Shown here: one piece after another, positions 39,473 through 49,611 of the stretch
How the letters are laid out: each line of letters opens with the position of its first letter
Numbering within the stretch: the first letter of the stretch is position 1
IMG/VR virus record: IMGVR_UViG_3300030107_008258
Location: 64,001-128,000 of that record
Strand: one strand, 5' to 3'
DNA from: a virus
Length of the DNA: 64,000 bases
Translations under genes and position numbers: made by a program
The notes under the pieces: generated by a model
Database searches by the model: none
What the model was told of the DNA's origin: nothing
Seen by the model: only the letters and a program-made list of their open reading frames with translations

Positions 39473-42400
39473 TTAAATCCTTTTTTTCAATTCTTGAACC
39501 TCTTTATAGAGTTCTTTAAACCCGCCTAATAATACAGTCACTGCTCGACTATAATTTACACTGGAAGGATTACCTTTTTCGTCCTTCTCGACCAATTCCG
39601 GGAACAATTCCGCAAGTTCTTCCGCGATTAAACCGATTTCTTTTTTCTTATTTTCTTTTCTATTGTATTTTACTGGGCGGATTTTATTTATTATATCTAA
39701 GCTTGGAGTATAAGTTTCAACGTTTTCTTTTATAGCGATACTTGAAGTTTCAGTTAAGGTTCCTGTTACCGTAACGCCAGCTGATGTTGTAGCTATTTTA
39801 GTACTACCTTGATACAGTAAACTAGTAACTCCCGCTTGAGTCATGACTACGTGATAATAACTTGCCGTCCCTAATTTATAGGTCTCATCAGCCAAAACCA
39901 ATACGCTACCCATAATTGTGGTAGTTCCCGGTTTATCTATAACAATACCAGACCTCGTACTTGCTGAAGTAAACCTTGCGTTATAATCGGACCCTCCGTT
40001 AACATGAAACAGTCTACTTGGATTAGTTATACCTATGCCGACATTACCTGTAGTCTTAGCAATCGTAAAAGGATCTTTAGTACTGGTAACATCCGTTATT
40101 CTAAAGCCATTTGTAAAGTCACAACTAATGTCGTAGACATAATTTGAGCTTGTAGAATCTTCAAGCCGAAGTGCCGCAGTTCCTCCGTACTTAATGTGAA
40201 TTGGTTTAGCGGCGACATTAGCCACTGACGAGTTACCAAACATTCCAGTCGTAGCCCTAGCTTGGCCATTTACTTCTAGTAAATTAGCGGCATTTGGAGA
40301 GACATTAATTCCCACTGATGTTCCGTCATCAGTTATTTGAGAGTTCCCTATTGCACTCCCTCCTGTGAATTTAGCTACTTTGTTAGTGGAACCACTTCCG
40401 CTTATACTCCCAGCGCCGGGAGAAGCTTCCCACGCAATTCCTCCTGCGCCATCTGTTGTTAAAACATAACCATCAGTTCCGGCGCTGCCTCCTATCTTCA
40501 TTTTAGAGGAAGCGATATTTACTACTCCATCCCCAGTAATATCCAAAACTGCCCCACTAGAATTTTCAACGTAAAGTAAAGACTTAGTAGCGCTGCTAGT
40601 ATTCATATAGGAGTGAATTGCCTTATTAGTCCCGTATGCGGTTCCTACTACTTTAAGAGCAGCTGCGCCTGATTGGTCTGATGCTACTTGGTTAACTTGA
40701 AGCCTGCCTGCTGGATTAGTTACCCCTATACCGACATTACCCTCTTTATTAATAACCATCCTTTGCCGGATGCCATTAGTCGCAGCTCCAGCTGTGGCAA
40801 AAATTAATTCACCATCAATCCAACTATCACCATCTCCTGTGCCTAATGGTGATCTAGTATAAATAGCTGCCGTCGCTGCCTTATAAGGACTAGATCCAGC
40901 TTCCCTTTTCGCGAAAAGAAGCATTGGGGAGAACCCGCCTGCGGTAGTGTCGTCATTATATAACACTAAACCGGGTTTTGTTGGGCCAGTCGCACCATTA
41001 TCTGAAATGGTGATTAACGCCCCGAAATCATCAGTATTAGTAACGTAAGGATCGTAGCTGGCATGAGACCCTGTACTAGCAATATAAATGTCATCATTAC
41101 CATAACTGGCATTGATGGTATAGTTATTTCCTATTTGTAAGTTACCGGTGGGGTTATCTGTGCCGATGCCGACATTACCTGCAGAGGTAATACGCATATG
41201 CTCCGTGTTTGAAGTTACAGCAAATCGGATATAATCATCATTCTTACATTGAATCGTCCAACTCCCCCCTGAATCTAAAAACCCTACGTTTCCATTTATG
41301 GCATATATATAACCATCTGTAGTGCCACCACTGTCCTCAAATTGTATTCCTGTCTCACTACCCGAACTTTTTATTTTAAGCGATGAATTCCAACCTCCGC
41401 CTACGATTTCTAACTTTGAATCTGGTGTAGTTGTTCCTATACCAACATTACCAGTAGAGACTATACGCATTGCTTCGTTAGGCCCACCGCCACCTGAAGT
41501 ACCCAACTTAAATATAATATTACTATTCGCACCTAAATTAGCTGGATTCCCATTAGATATTAATTGTAAATCTGCGCCACCCACCACCTGACTATAAGTA
41601 TAAGTAGAGCTACCTAATGCGATAGCGCTGTTAACATGTATTTTGCTACCTGTATTAAGATCACTTGTCAGTCCCACTAATAACTCACCATCAGCATTTA
41701 TTCGAGCTCGTTCAGTAGCATTTGTAATAAAATTTAACGTACTGGTAGTTGGTCGACTCATACCAGTGGTAGTATCGTTGGTGAAAGAAAAAGACGGAGC
41801 AGTCACAGCTCCTGAAAGAGACCGTATTTGCCCACCACTTTCTATAGTAGCTACCTGAGTACTCTCGTATCTTACGCTTAAAACAGTACCAGCTGAAGAA
41901 TGACGCCCTAGTTCTAAAGCCGTAGTTTCGTCTGCTGCTATCTGCAATTGACCAGCGCTCTTATCAAATCCCATCCCAGTTTGATTACTAAAACCTGAAG
42001 CTATATTAAGAACAGTATTACCAAAAAATACATCGTCGCGTAAGTATGCAGTTCCGTTAAGGTCTAGTAATTTACTTGGCGCAGTTATTCCTATACCAAC
42101 ACTTCCACCCCACGGACTTATTGCTATAGGTTTCTTGGGCGCTCTGTCTGCGCTAGTATCCCAAGCTTCCATGAAAGCGTAATCAGCATAAGTTCCGAAC
42201 TGAAGTTCGCTATCTTCACGAACAGATATTCTTCCTCTAACATCTAGTTTTGCACTATTGGCTGGAGCATTTGTCCCTATACCAACGTTAGCACCAACAA
42301 TATGCATGGTTTCGGTATCGGTGCCCGCCACCATAGTACTAAACGTTAAACGACCATCTTCTTCTGTATCAGTATTATCAACGATAAATGATTCGATAGA

Positions 42401-45400
42401 AGAATAACGAACGTTATTGCCCCCATCATCAGCCGCGTCAAAATATATGAAATTAGCACGACCAGCATCAGTAGCAAAGTCTGTCCTAAAAGTCATGCCC
42501 ATTGCTCCAGTTCCATCATTGTCGAAAAATAACTCTTGAGTAGAAGCTGAATCTGCATGTATATGGAAAATACTTGCGGGTGCATTTGTCCCTATACCGA
42601 CACTACCCCCTTGAGTCAAAATCATTACCTCAGTAGCAGGGCTTCCATCGCCATCTAAACCAAAACCTAAATAAATTTTAGCATTAGCGCCGCCAGTATT
42701 ATTTAATGATGAAATAGTTAAGCGCCCAGAGCTAGTAGAGTTATATCCAAAATATCCACCTAAAGAGGCGCTACTTCCTCCGGCCTGTAACGCTCCTTCA
42801 AAATTATCACTATCAGCTGCTTGGTAAATGTGAGCATTACGGTAAGGCGTAACGGTTCCTATGCCAACATTGCCGCCTCTAAAATATGAATTCCCGTTTG
42901 AATTTAAATTTACTTGTGTGCCGCCAGTATTGGAGCCGACCTGAAAAACACCGTCAGAGCCGTTGCTATAGACTCCAGCAATTAAATTCCCACTTGAGTT
43001 GTCCCATTCTTGAACATAAGCACTAGTCGCGGCAGCTTTAACATGAAGCGGACTGTCTGGCGCCGTATTCCCAATGCCAACTTTACCTCCGGAAGTCACT
43101 ATCATTCTTACAGCACCATTTGTTCCGAACTGTAAAGGATAATCCCCTGTCCCGGCTACTACCGTTGCGTAGGCTAACGCTCCCGTAACGGTTCCTCCCC
43201 CTGAGCTAGACTCTCTATAAAAATAACTTGTTCCACCGGTATTGGCCGCTTGGAAACCTGTACGATTAGTCCCCGTGGTGGAACTAACAAATACATCTCC
43301 AGCAGCCTGTCTTATATCAAGCGAATAAGCCGGATCAGTTGTTCCTATACCAATTAAACCACCAACAGGATCAATGCACATTCTTTCTAAAGGTACATCG
43401 CTTGAGGTTAGCCCACTCCCACTTTTAGTTGAGAAAACTAAAAATGCTCGTTCAGACCCCGAAGTGTCATGCAGTCTTGTACCTATCCATGCTTGTGGAT
43501 GATTATTCCAAGTTGTTGCTCCACCATTATTTAATAAATGATTAAACGCTATACCGGGGTAGTATGTATTAGCAGTAGTAGACCTAGTGTGCTCTGGCCC
43601 CATCATTATTCCCCATGTCCCAGTGCCGAGAGTTGTAGCTCCCGTGCTTGGACCTTGAGTTGTGAGCATACCCGGGGGAGCTTGAGTATATGCGTTGATG
43701 GAAATTAATTGTTTAGCACCCGTGATTACAATATCTCCGGCATTAACATGAAGCTTTGCGCTGGGTGTAGTTATTCCTATACCAACGTTGCCGTCATACT
43801 GGATCGTCATACGCGAGTCTGCCAAGGTTGCGCTATTAGAACCGTTTTGAGCGTTGTTAAGGATGTGTATCTTCCCCCTAGCCGCGCCATCCTCTCTTTC
43901 AAATGCCAATATAGATTTTCGGTAATTGGCATTGTTCTCACGATAGCCAAAATGAATACCCTGCCATTTCCCAGCCGCAATTGTTCCTGCGAATGTTACA
44001 TATTGACCATCTGTGGTTCCTGTATCTACTTCTAATACTTTTTGTGGATTATTCGTCCCTATTCCAATATCTCCATCATCATATATTACTGAGTCGCCAA
44101 GAGTATCCGAATCAACCCACTTCGGTACATAATTAGCTGTTCCGTTTCCTCCTACGCCCGAAAGCACATCCTCAATCATCTTCCATTGAGGACCATCTTC
44201 TTTGCTTGTTAAAACATAACCATCAACTCCTGTGGAGTTTGTTGAGTCATAAAGATAACCGCTGATTATGGCATCGCCAGCAACATGAAGTCTGTGCTCT
44301 GGTGATGTATTATTGATTCCGACATTACCATCTGTATTTATTAAAAACTGAGAGCTTCCACCTTTTTGTATTTGAAAATTATTGTCGCCGTTGCCTGCGA
44401 ATGATCTATCTAGAATAAAGTTGTGGTTACCATCACTATCTGAATCTTGATCTGCTACTATTTTACAATTAAGGTCGTCTACATAAAATTCTATATCTTG
44501 AGCTGTATCTCTTCCAACTACTAATCTAGCTCCATAACTAGGAGATGCTGTAGAGTCTAATATTCTAACTTGCCCACCGTAAACATGAAGATTCCCGACA
44601 GGAGCCGTTGTTCCTATACCAACGTTACCATCAGTTAAAACAGTTATTTTATCACTAGTTCCCGGCACACCGCTAGTGTTGGAAATCTTAAAAGCTCCCG
44701 ACTCCGACCTGTCAACCCCCACCGCCCAGTTGGTATTGTTGTCTCCAAACGAAATATAGGGATCATCATTCCCAGAAAAGAGACGTAGCTTTGTGGCTCC
44801 GCTGCTTTTAGTAATGGTAGTGTCCCCGGCGACCTCTAATTTTGCAGAAGGTGCATTTGTTCCTATACCTACATTACCGTCAGCCTTTATCCGCATATAC
44901 TCCGTTAGAGTATCTCCAGAGCCGTTTGCTGAAGTAGAGAACGTAATTAAGCCGTCATCTGCTCCATCGGTAAGGGCTTTAATCGCAGCTATGGAATTTC
45001 CACTATTAGCAAATAGAACTTGAGCCGTGTCATTTGCACTTGTCCTTTTACCTTCTAGTTTTAAAACAGCAGCATCATCATTTTTATCGTTATGAATATA
45101 AATCTGCGTATTACCTGCGCTTGAATCATCTTCGTAAACAGTTAATAAAGAAGCGGGATCGTTTGTTCCTATGCCAACATTACCGGCTTGATTAATTGAA
45201 ATATTAGCGGCTCCTGCACTGGTGAAAGTTAATGTATGATCTGTCCCACCTGTAACTTGAGTATCATTTTTAATTCTCCATTTTGTGGCGCCTGCCGCTT
45301 CCCATCTTAAGGTAACGTCAGTGGTTGCGCCGGAAGAGTTCAATGTAGCGTCGCCATAAACCTCAAGAAGATATTGAGGATCAGTTGTTCCTATACCCAC

Positions 45401-47719
45401 CTTTCCATCAGCGGCAATACGAACTCTTTCCTCAGCAACTGCGCTTTGAGGACGAGTTACAAAAGCTAACCCAGCTCCGTAGTCACTCGACCCAACTTCC
45501 TTAACTGCGGCTATACCTGCGGCCGCATTCGCATGATAAGTTCCATTAAGTTCAAAAGCTAAACCAACTGCCGCATTCTGAGTATTGTTGGGGTTACGTA
45601 CAATTAAGTCGTGCCATGTAGCGCCGTTGCTCGGGGCAAATGTCGTGCTACGAGATGGAGTAAGTACGTCTACTTTGCTATTAGGGGCACCTGATCCTAT
45701 CCCTACATTGCCATCAGTTCTTTTTATAACCAATGCGTTAGTAACGTCGCTTGTATCTATAATAAATTTATTGTTAGCTCCATCGTATCTAAGGTCAACC
45801 CCTGTAGTTCCTCCAGCATTTTCCCTATAACTTATCTTTCCAGAGTTTGCGCTATCAACAGTAACAGGACGAATTAAAATTGTGGGATCAGAATCGCTCA
45901 CAACTTCTAATATTTCGGCGGGCGCATTTGTTCCTATACCAACATTCCCCACACTATTTAAAGTCACCTGCTGCGTTAGCGTTCCCCCTTCCATTGTCCA
46001 TAACGCTAACTCACCATCCTCGCTTCCATCAGTTGAGTCTTTTATTTGACTTGTAATTGCGCCATATTCAACATCTTCTGGGGTTCCATTATCATTTTTC
46101 CCACGAAACCTAATGACACCAATATAATCGTTATCTGCCGCAGACGTAGAACTACGATATAAAACTAGGTCAGGTGCGGTTGACCCTCCTGTTTCGCTGC
46201 TTTCAAGTATTAAATTGTTATTAAGATCTGAGCTAAGGATATGCAATTTACCAGCAGGTGAATTTGTTCCTATGCCAACATTACCGTCGCCAATAATACG
46301 CACTTTTTCTGAAGATGTACCAGCATTGTCTGTGGAGAACGAAATGTAACCGGTATTGTTAGCTCCCGTAGTCCCCCCTTGAATCATTGCTACTCCACCG
46401 ACATTATTTCCAAAAAGTATTGTACCAACAATATCTGTGGTATTGTTATTGGCATGTTTTAAGAATATTTCCGCCCCTTCGTCATGCGCCCCATCACTTA
46501 AAAGTTGTAATAGCGCAGCTGGAGTATTTGTTCCTATACCGACATTACCGTTAGGCTTTACCACGAACCTATAAGTACCGTTGGCGTTCGCCCCTAAAAT
46601 AATTCCAGTGCTTGAAGGGTTGTCTATACGGACCAAAAGGCCGCTATGATTACCTGTAGTCGCAGTGTTATAAATTCTTGAAAGCCAATCTCCCGTAATT
46701 GAAGCTTTAACTTCAAGTCTATAGGCAGGATCAGTTGTCCCTATGCCAACGTTGCCATCGCGCTTAATGACCATGTCGTCATTAGTGCCATCAGGTCTAA
46801 ATGAAATATATTTTAAATCACTATAACCTCCCTGTGCCCCTAGTACGAAATAATGGTTGGCGTGATCTAAAGCGAGAAAAGTTTTATTAGTATCATTATT
46901 GGCAAAATTAAGCTGAGTCCATGTATCGCCATCATTATCTAGTTTTAACTGATCCCCATTATCCCCAACTATATGAAGTTTGTTATCTGGATAAGCCGTA
47001 CCTAATCCAAGGCTACCAGTAATATAAGAATCCCCATCCGAATGAAGTTGTATGGTTTGCGTTCCTCCATTTTTATAAGCCCGTATTAAAGCATCGTTAG
47101 AACTTTGACGCACATTAAATAAAGCATCATTAGAACTATGAACTAAATTTAAAACATTAGTTCCGTCACCGGTAGACTTTACAGCAAGATTTCCGTCTGG
47201 AGCCATGTTTATCCCCACGCCCCATAAACCGTTATCTTGACTCACTCCAGAAGTTAGAGTATCCTCATCAGACCAACGAGCTACATAATTAGCAACGCCG
47301 GAACCCCCAACGCCCGAAAGAACTGACTCAATATTTTTCCAATTAACACCAGTTGTTCCCTCGTTAGTGAGAACCATACCTCCATTACCTACGGAGTTGT
47401 TAGAATCATAAATGATTCCACTCATGGCAATAGTGTTAACTGAGAGCTTACTGCCATCAAAAGTTAAATTGGCATTAGCCCCGAAAACCCCATTATCATT
47501 AAACTGAACTTGGTGGTCAGCTCCCGCCGGATCAGTACTCCCGCCCCCTCCGCCACCCGCTACTTGAGCCCAGCCCGCGGCCCTTTTAACAAAGGTTTTA
47601 AGGTTACCAGTAGATACGTAGAAAGCGCCATCAAGTACTCCCGTTACTTGAGAGTCGAGGGCCGTAGTAGTATTAACATCTCCTACAAATCTATCTCCTG
47701 CGTATCTTGTGATTGCCAT
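39473..47719 (-). CDS. Giant fibre protein (2748 aa) with GNVGIGT modules and C-terminal Peptidase_S74 autocleaving chaperone
   Basis: More than 20 G.VGIGT modules. The C-terminus TSSIAIKEN...IRPVKY...IGLIAEEL...PELV...VNY...KEL is an intramolecular chaperone domain. Confidence 0.88.
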   Translation of the reverse strand: MAITRYAGDRFVGDVNTTTALDSQVTGVLDGAFYVSTGNLKTFVKRAAGWAQVAGGGGGGSTDPAGADHQVQFNDNGVFGANANLTFDGSKLSVNTIAMSGIIYDSNNSVGNGGMVLTNEGTTGVNWKNIESVLSGVGGSGVANYVARWSDEDTLTSGVSQDNGLWGVGINMAPDGNLAVKSTGDGTNVLNLVHSSNDALFNVRQSSNDALIRAYKNGGTQTIQLHSDGDSYITGSLGLGTAYPDNKLHIVGDNGDQLKLDNDGDTWTQLNFANNDTNKTFLALDHANHYFVLGAQGGYSDLKYISFRPDGTNDDMVIKRDGNVGIGTTDPAYRLEVKASITGDWLSRIYNTATTGNHSGLLVRIDNPSSTGIILGANANGTYRFVVKPNGNVGIGTNTPAALLQLLSDGAHDEGAEIFLKHANNNTTDIVGTILFGNNVGGVAMIQGGTTGANNTGYISFSTDNAGTSSEKVRIIGDGNVGIGTNSPAGKLHILSSDLNNNLILESSETGGSTAPDLVLYRSSTSAADNDYIGVIRFRGKNDNGTPEDVEYGAITSQIKDSTDGSEDGELALWTMEGGTLTQQVTLNSVGNVGIGTNAPAEILEVVSDSDPTILIRPVTVDSANSGKISYRENAGGTTGVDLRYDGANNKFIIDTSDVTNALVIKRTDGNVGIGSGAPNSKVDVLTPSRSTTFAPSNGATWHDLIVRNPNNTQNAAVGLAFELNGTYHANAAAGIAAVKEVGSSDYGAGLAFVTRPQSAVAEERVRIAADGKVGIGTTDPQYLLEVYGDATLNSSGATTDVTLRWEAAGATKWRIKNDTQVTGGTDHTLTFTSAGAANISINQAGNVGIGTNDPASLLTVYEDDSSAGNTQIYIHNDKNDDAAVLKLEGKRTSANDTAQVLFANSGNSIAAIKALTDGADDGLITFSTSANGSGDTLTEYMRIKADGNVGIGTNAPSAKLEVAGDTTITKSSGATKLRLFSGNDDPYISFGDNNTNWAVGVDRSESGAFKISNTSGVPGTSDKITVLTDGNVGIGTTAPVGNLHVYGGQVRILDSTASPSYGARLVVGRDTAQDIEFYVDDLNCKIVADQDSDSDGNHNFILDRSFAGNGDNNFQIQKGGSSQFLINTDGNVGINNTSPEHRLHVAGDAIISGYLYDSTNSTGVDGYVLTSKEDGPQWKMIEDVLSGVGGNGTANYVPKWVDSDTLGDSVIYDDGDIGIGTNNPQKVLEVDTGTTDGQYVTFAGTIAAGKWQGIHFGYRENNANYRKSILAFEREDGAARGKIHILNNAQNGSNSATLADSRMTIQYDGNVGIGITTPSAKLHVNAGDIVITGAKQLISINAYTQAPPGMLTTQGPSTGATTLGTGTWGIMMGPEHTRSTTANTYYPGIAFNHLLNNGGATTWNNHPQAWIGTRLHDTSGSERAFLVFSTKSGSGLTSSDVPLERMCIDPVGGLIGIGTTDPAYSLDIRQAAGDVFVSSTTGTNRTGFQAANTGGTSYFYRESSSGGGTVTGALAYATVVAGTGDYPLQFGTNGAVRMIVTSGGKVGIGNTAPDSPLHVKAAATSAYVQEWDNSSGNLIAGVYSNGSDGVFQVGSNTGGTQVNLNSNGNSYFRGGNVGIGTVTPYRNAHIYQAADSDNFEGALQAGGSSASLGGYFGYNSTSSGRLTISSLNNTGGANAKIYLGFGLDGDGSPATEVMILTQGGSVGIGTNAPASIFHIHADSASTQELFFDNDGTGAMGMTFRTDFATDAGRANFIYFDAADDGGNNVRYSSIESFIVDNTDTEEDGRLTFSTMVAGTDTETMHIVGANVGIGTNAPANSAKLDVRGRISVREDSELQFGTYADYAFMEAWDTSADRAPKKPIAISPWGGSVGIGITAPSKLLDLNGTAYLRDDVFFGNTVLNIASGFSNQTGMGFDKSAGQLQIAADETTALELGRHSSAGTVLSVRYESTQVATIESGGQIRSLSGAVTAPSFSFTNDTTTGMSRPTTSTLNFITNATERARINADGELLVGLTSDLNTGSKIHVNSAIALGSSTYTYSQVVGGADLQLISNGNPANLGANSNIIFKLGTSGGGGPNEAMRIVSTGNVGIGTTTPDSKLEIVGGGWNSSLKIKSSGSETGIQFEDSGGTTDGYIYAINGNVGFLDSGGSWTIQCKNDDYIRFAVTSNTEHMRITSAGNVGIGTDNPTGNLQIGNNYTINASYGNDDIYIASTGSHASYDPYVTNTDDFGALITISDNGATGPTKPGLVLYNDDTTAGGFSPMLLFAKREAGSSPYKAATAAIYTRSPLGTGDGDSWIDGELIFATAGAATNGIRQRMVINKEGNVGIGVTNPAGRLQVNQVASDQSGAAALKVVGTAYGTNKAIHSYMNTSSATKSLLYVENSSGAVLDITGDGVVNIASSKMKIGGSAGTDGYVLTTDGAGGIAWEASPGAGSISGSGSTNKVAKFTGGSAIGNSQITDDGTSVGINVSPNAANLLEVNGQARATTGMFGNSSVANVAAKPIHIKYGGTAALRLEDSTSSNYVYDISCDFTNGFRITDVTSTKDPFTIAKTTGNVGIGITNPSRLFHVNGGSDYNARFTSASTRSGIVIDKPGTTTIMGSVLVLADETYKLGTASYYHVVMTQAGVTSLLYQGSTKIATTSAGVTVTGTLTETSSIAIKENVETYTPSLDIINKIRPVKYNRKENKKKEIGLIAEELAELFPELVEKDEKGNPSSVNYSRAVTVLLGGFKELYKEVQELKKRI

Positions 47720-47722
47720 AAC

Positions 47723-48628
47723 TTATGAAAAACTAAATTTAAATCCGTAAAAAGCCCCACTGTTATATATTCCATCATTACTATTAAAATAAATTTTTAT
47801 TTGATGTTCTCCCGCACTTAATGACGCAGAAGTAAAAGTTCCTTGACCTGCTGTTGTAGTATAGCCAAATCTTCTAGAGTCTTGATCAACAAATTGCGAA
47901 CCAGCCTCCCCAAAAACAAAATTTCTATCCGGAGCGGGATTAGGTGTTTGCGTTCCTGCCGAATTAAAGAGTTTTACTTGATTCATGTCCCAATCGTAAT
48001 AATCATTAGCGGTCCAATCTGCAGGAGCCTCGCCTTTGCATAAATGGGTTGAATCTATTCCTAAATGCATTCTATCATGAATTGTAGCTTGATAGATTCT
48101 TTCGCCTAATCCTGATACTTTAACCTGTAAGGTCTTGGGCGAGTTTAAAGTGAAAGTCCCCACGGCACTACCGCTTTGTATAAATTTATTAAACTGTTCT
48201 TGATAGTTTAAATGACCTGAGTCTGGATAAAGATCATCTCTCTGCAATACTTCACAAGTATCTACATCCGCCTCAAAATAAAAGTTTAACTCTCCGTTAG
48301 GTACTGTGTCATTATCATTAATAATAAATGGACTAGCCCGGTGATATCCGTTAGTAGGAAACTCACTATTACCATGTAAGAACCATCCCCAATAAGCATC
48401 GTCTTCATCCGGTGTCGTGTTTGTTCCTATATGCCAGTATTCCGGGTGAAAACTTTCCCATGCGTCAGAATAGGTATTATATTCAATAAAAGGAAAATTT
48501 CTGGTTGTGCCAACGTTAGCGATACCATCACCGCTATAGTAAAGATTAAATGACCAATCTATTTCAATGACTCCATCGTCAACCTCAGTAGAGTCTTTCC
48601 AAAAAGCTGTTGGAAAATTTAATGACAT
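47723..48628 (-). CDS. Putative virion appendage protein
   Basis: 301 aa, aromatic and Asp-rich, with a beta-sandwich C-terminus (LSAGEHQIKIYF). Coupled to the fibre genes. Confidence 0.5.
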   Translation of the reverse strand: MSLNFPTAFWKDSTEVDDGVIEIDWSFNLYYSGDGIANVGTTRNFPFIEYNTYSDAWESFHPEYWHIGTNTTPDEDDAYWGWFLHGNSEFPTNGYHRASPFIINDNDTVPNGELNFYFEADVDTCEVLQRDDLYPDSGHLNYQEQFNKFIQSGSAVGTFTLNSPKTLQVKVSGLGERIYQATIHDRMHLGIDSTHLCKGEAPADWTANDYYDWDMNQVKLFNSAGTQTPNPAPDRNFVFGEAGSQFVDQDSRRFGYTTTAGQGTFTSASLSAGEHQIKIYFNSNDGIYNSGAFYGFKFSFS

Positions 48629-49578
48629 TAGCCAGATGGGTTAACATATCCAGTAATCGCGGAAGCAAAAAGCATTCCATCATAACATGCGAAAGTATAA
48701 ACGTTCGTCCTGCCGTTGTCTAAATGAGGAGGGCCTCCCGTCCCTCCCCACAATACTGTAGACCCAGATGTAAAAGTAGGTATAAGTGGAGCGCTGTGTG
48801 TATTTTTAACATACATAGTTAAAGTCTGCCCTGCTAAAGCTTCGGAAAAAGTATACGCAGGTGAAGTAGTGTCTGTTAATGTGTCATATTGTATATTAGA
48901 ATCACTCCAGTTAACCGTAAAATCCGTTTCATGAGGCAAGTGTCTAGAGGTTTTATTTATAACTATATTATCTCCAGTCAAGCCTTGGCCATCCGGTATG
49001 GTTATCCCCCCATCTTTCATGGTCATGTCTCCTGAAACGGGAGTCTCGGTAAGTCGTAGAACTTGACCGCTAATCTCAACGTGACGTCTTCCAGAAAGAA
49101 TTAGGTCCTCTTGTGCTCTGAGTAAAATATCAGTAGTATCATTTTTTTGAATCAAAGAATAAGAAGTCCCCTGAAAACGAATCCTGTTTGCAAGAATTAT
49201 ATCATTCCCATTCATGTTAATATTTTCCGTAGCGTCATAATCCCAAGGAACAGTAGTTGAATCAAACGCTACCCCACTACCCGTCATCAAAAGTCCATCA
49301 GATTCTCTAATTTGAAGGAAAGGATAAGAAGCTACACTTTGATTTGAAGCATTGCCCCAGTTACTTTTATCAATATAAACATCATCACTCCCAGTGAATC
49401 CAATAGCGTTTGAATCGGTATTCCATCCATCAAGAATAAAATTCTTAAGCTTTTGAGCACTTACTTGACAAGTGGTGTAAGTAGAAGGTCCTGTGCCGGA
49501 AACTATAGGAAACACCATATCGGTTCCTACTCCTACTGGGCCAAGTTCACTTAATTGAGATATTTTTTTATTCGCCAT
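48628..49578 (-). CDS. Short fibre/appendage protein with MANKKISQL N-terminus
   Basis: The MANKKISQL docking-type N-terminus is common in phage fibres. The C-terminal W.GG..P...NGRTNVYTF..YDG domain fits an appendage. Confidence 0.65.
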   Translation of the reverse strand: MANKKISQLSELGPVGVGTDMVFPIVSGTGPSTYTTCQVSAQKLKNFILDGWNTDSNAIGFTGSDDVYIDKSNWGNASNQSVASYPFLQIRESDGLLMTGSGVAFDSTTVPWDYDATENINMNGNDIILANRIRFQGTSYSLIQKNDTTDILLRAQEDLILSGRRHVEISGQVLRLTETPVSGDMTMKDGGITIPDGQGLTGDNIVINKTSRHLPHETDFTVNWSDSNIQYDTLTDTTSPAYTFSEALAGQTLTMYVKNTHSAPLIPTFTSGSTVLWGGTGGPPHLDNGRTNVYTFACYDGMLFASAITGYVNPSG

Positions 49579-49611
49579 TTTTCCTTAAACCTTATTATAA
49601 TATACACTATT

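Noticed and set aside
19282-47719. Diversity-generating retroelement or invertase shufflon acting on the fibre genes
   Set aside because: No reverse transcriptase or recombinase gene, no adenine-specific TR/VR pair and no inverted cassettes were seen in the window.
34805-47719. CRISPR-like array suggested by recurring GTTCCTATACCAAC
   Set aside because: The repeats are degenerate at third codon positions, irregularly spaced (hundreds of bp) and in frame within long ORFs.
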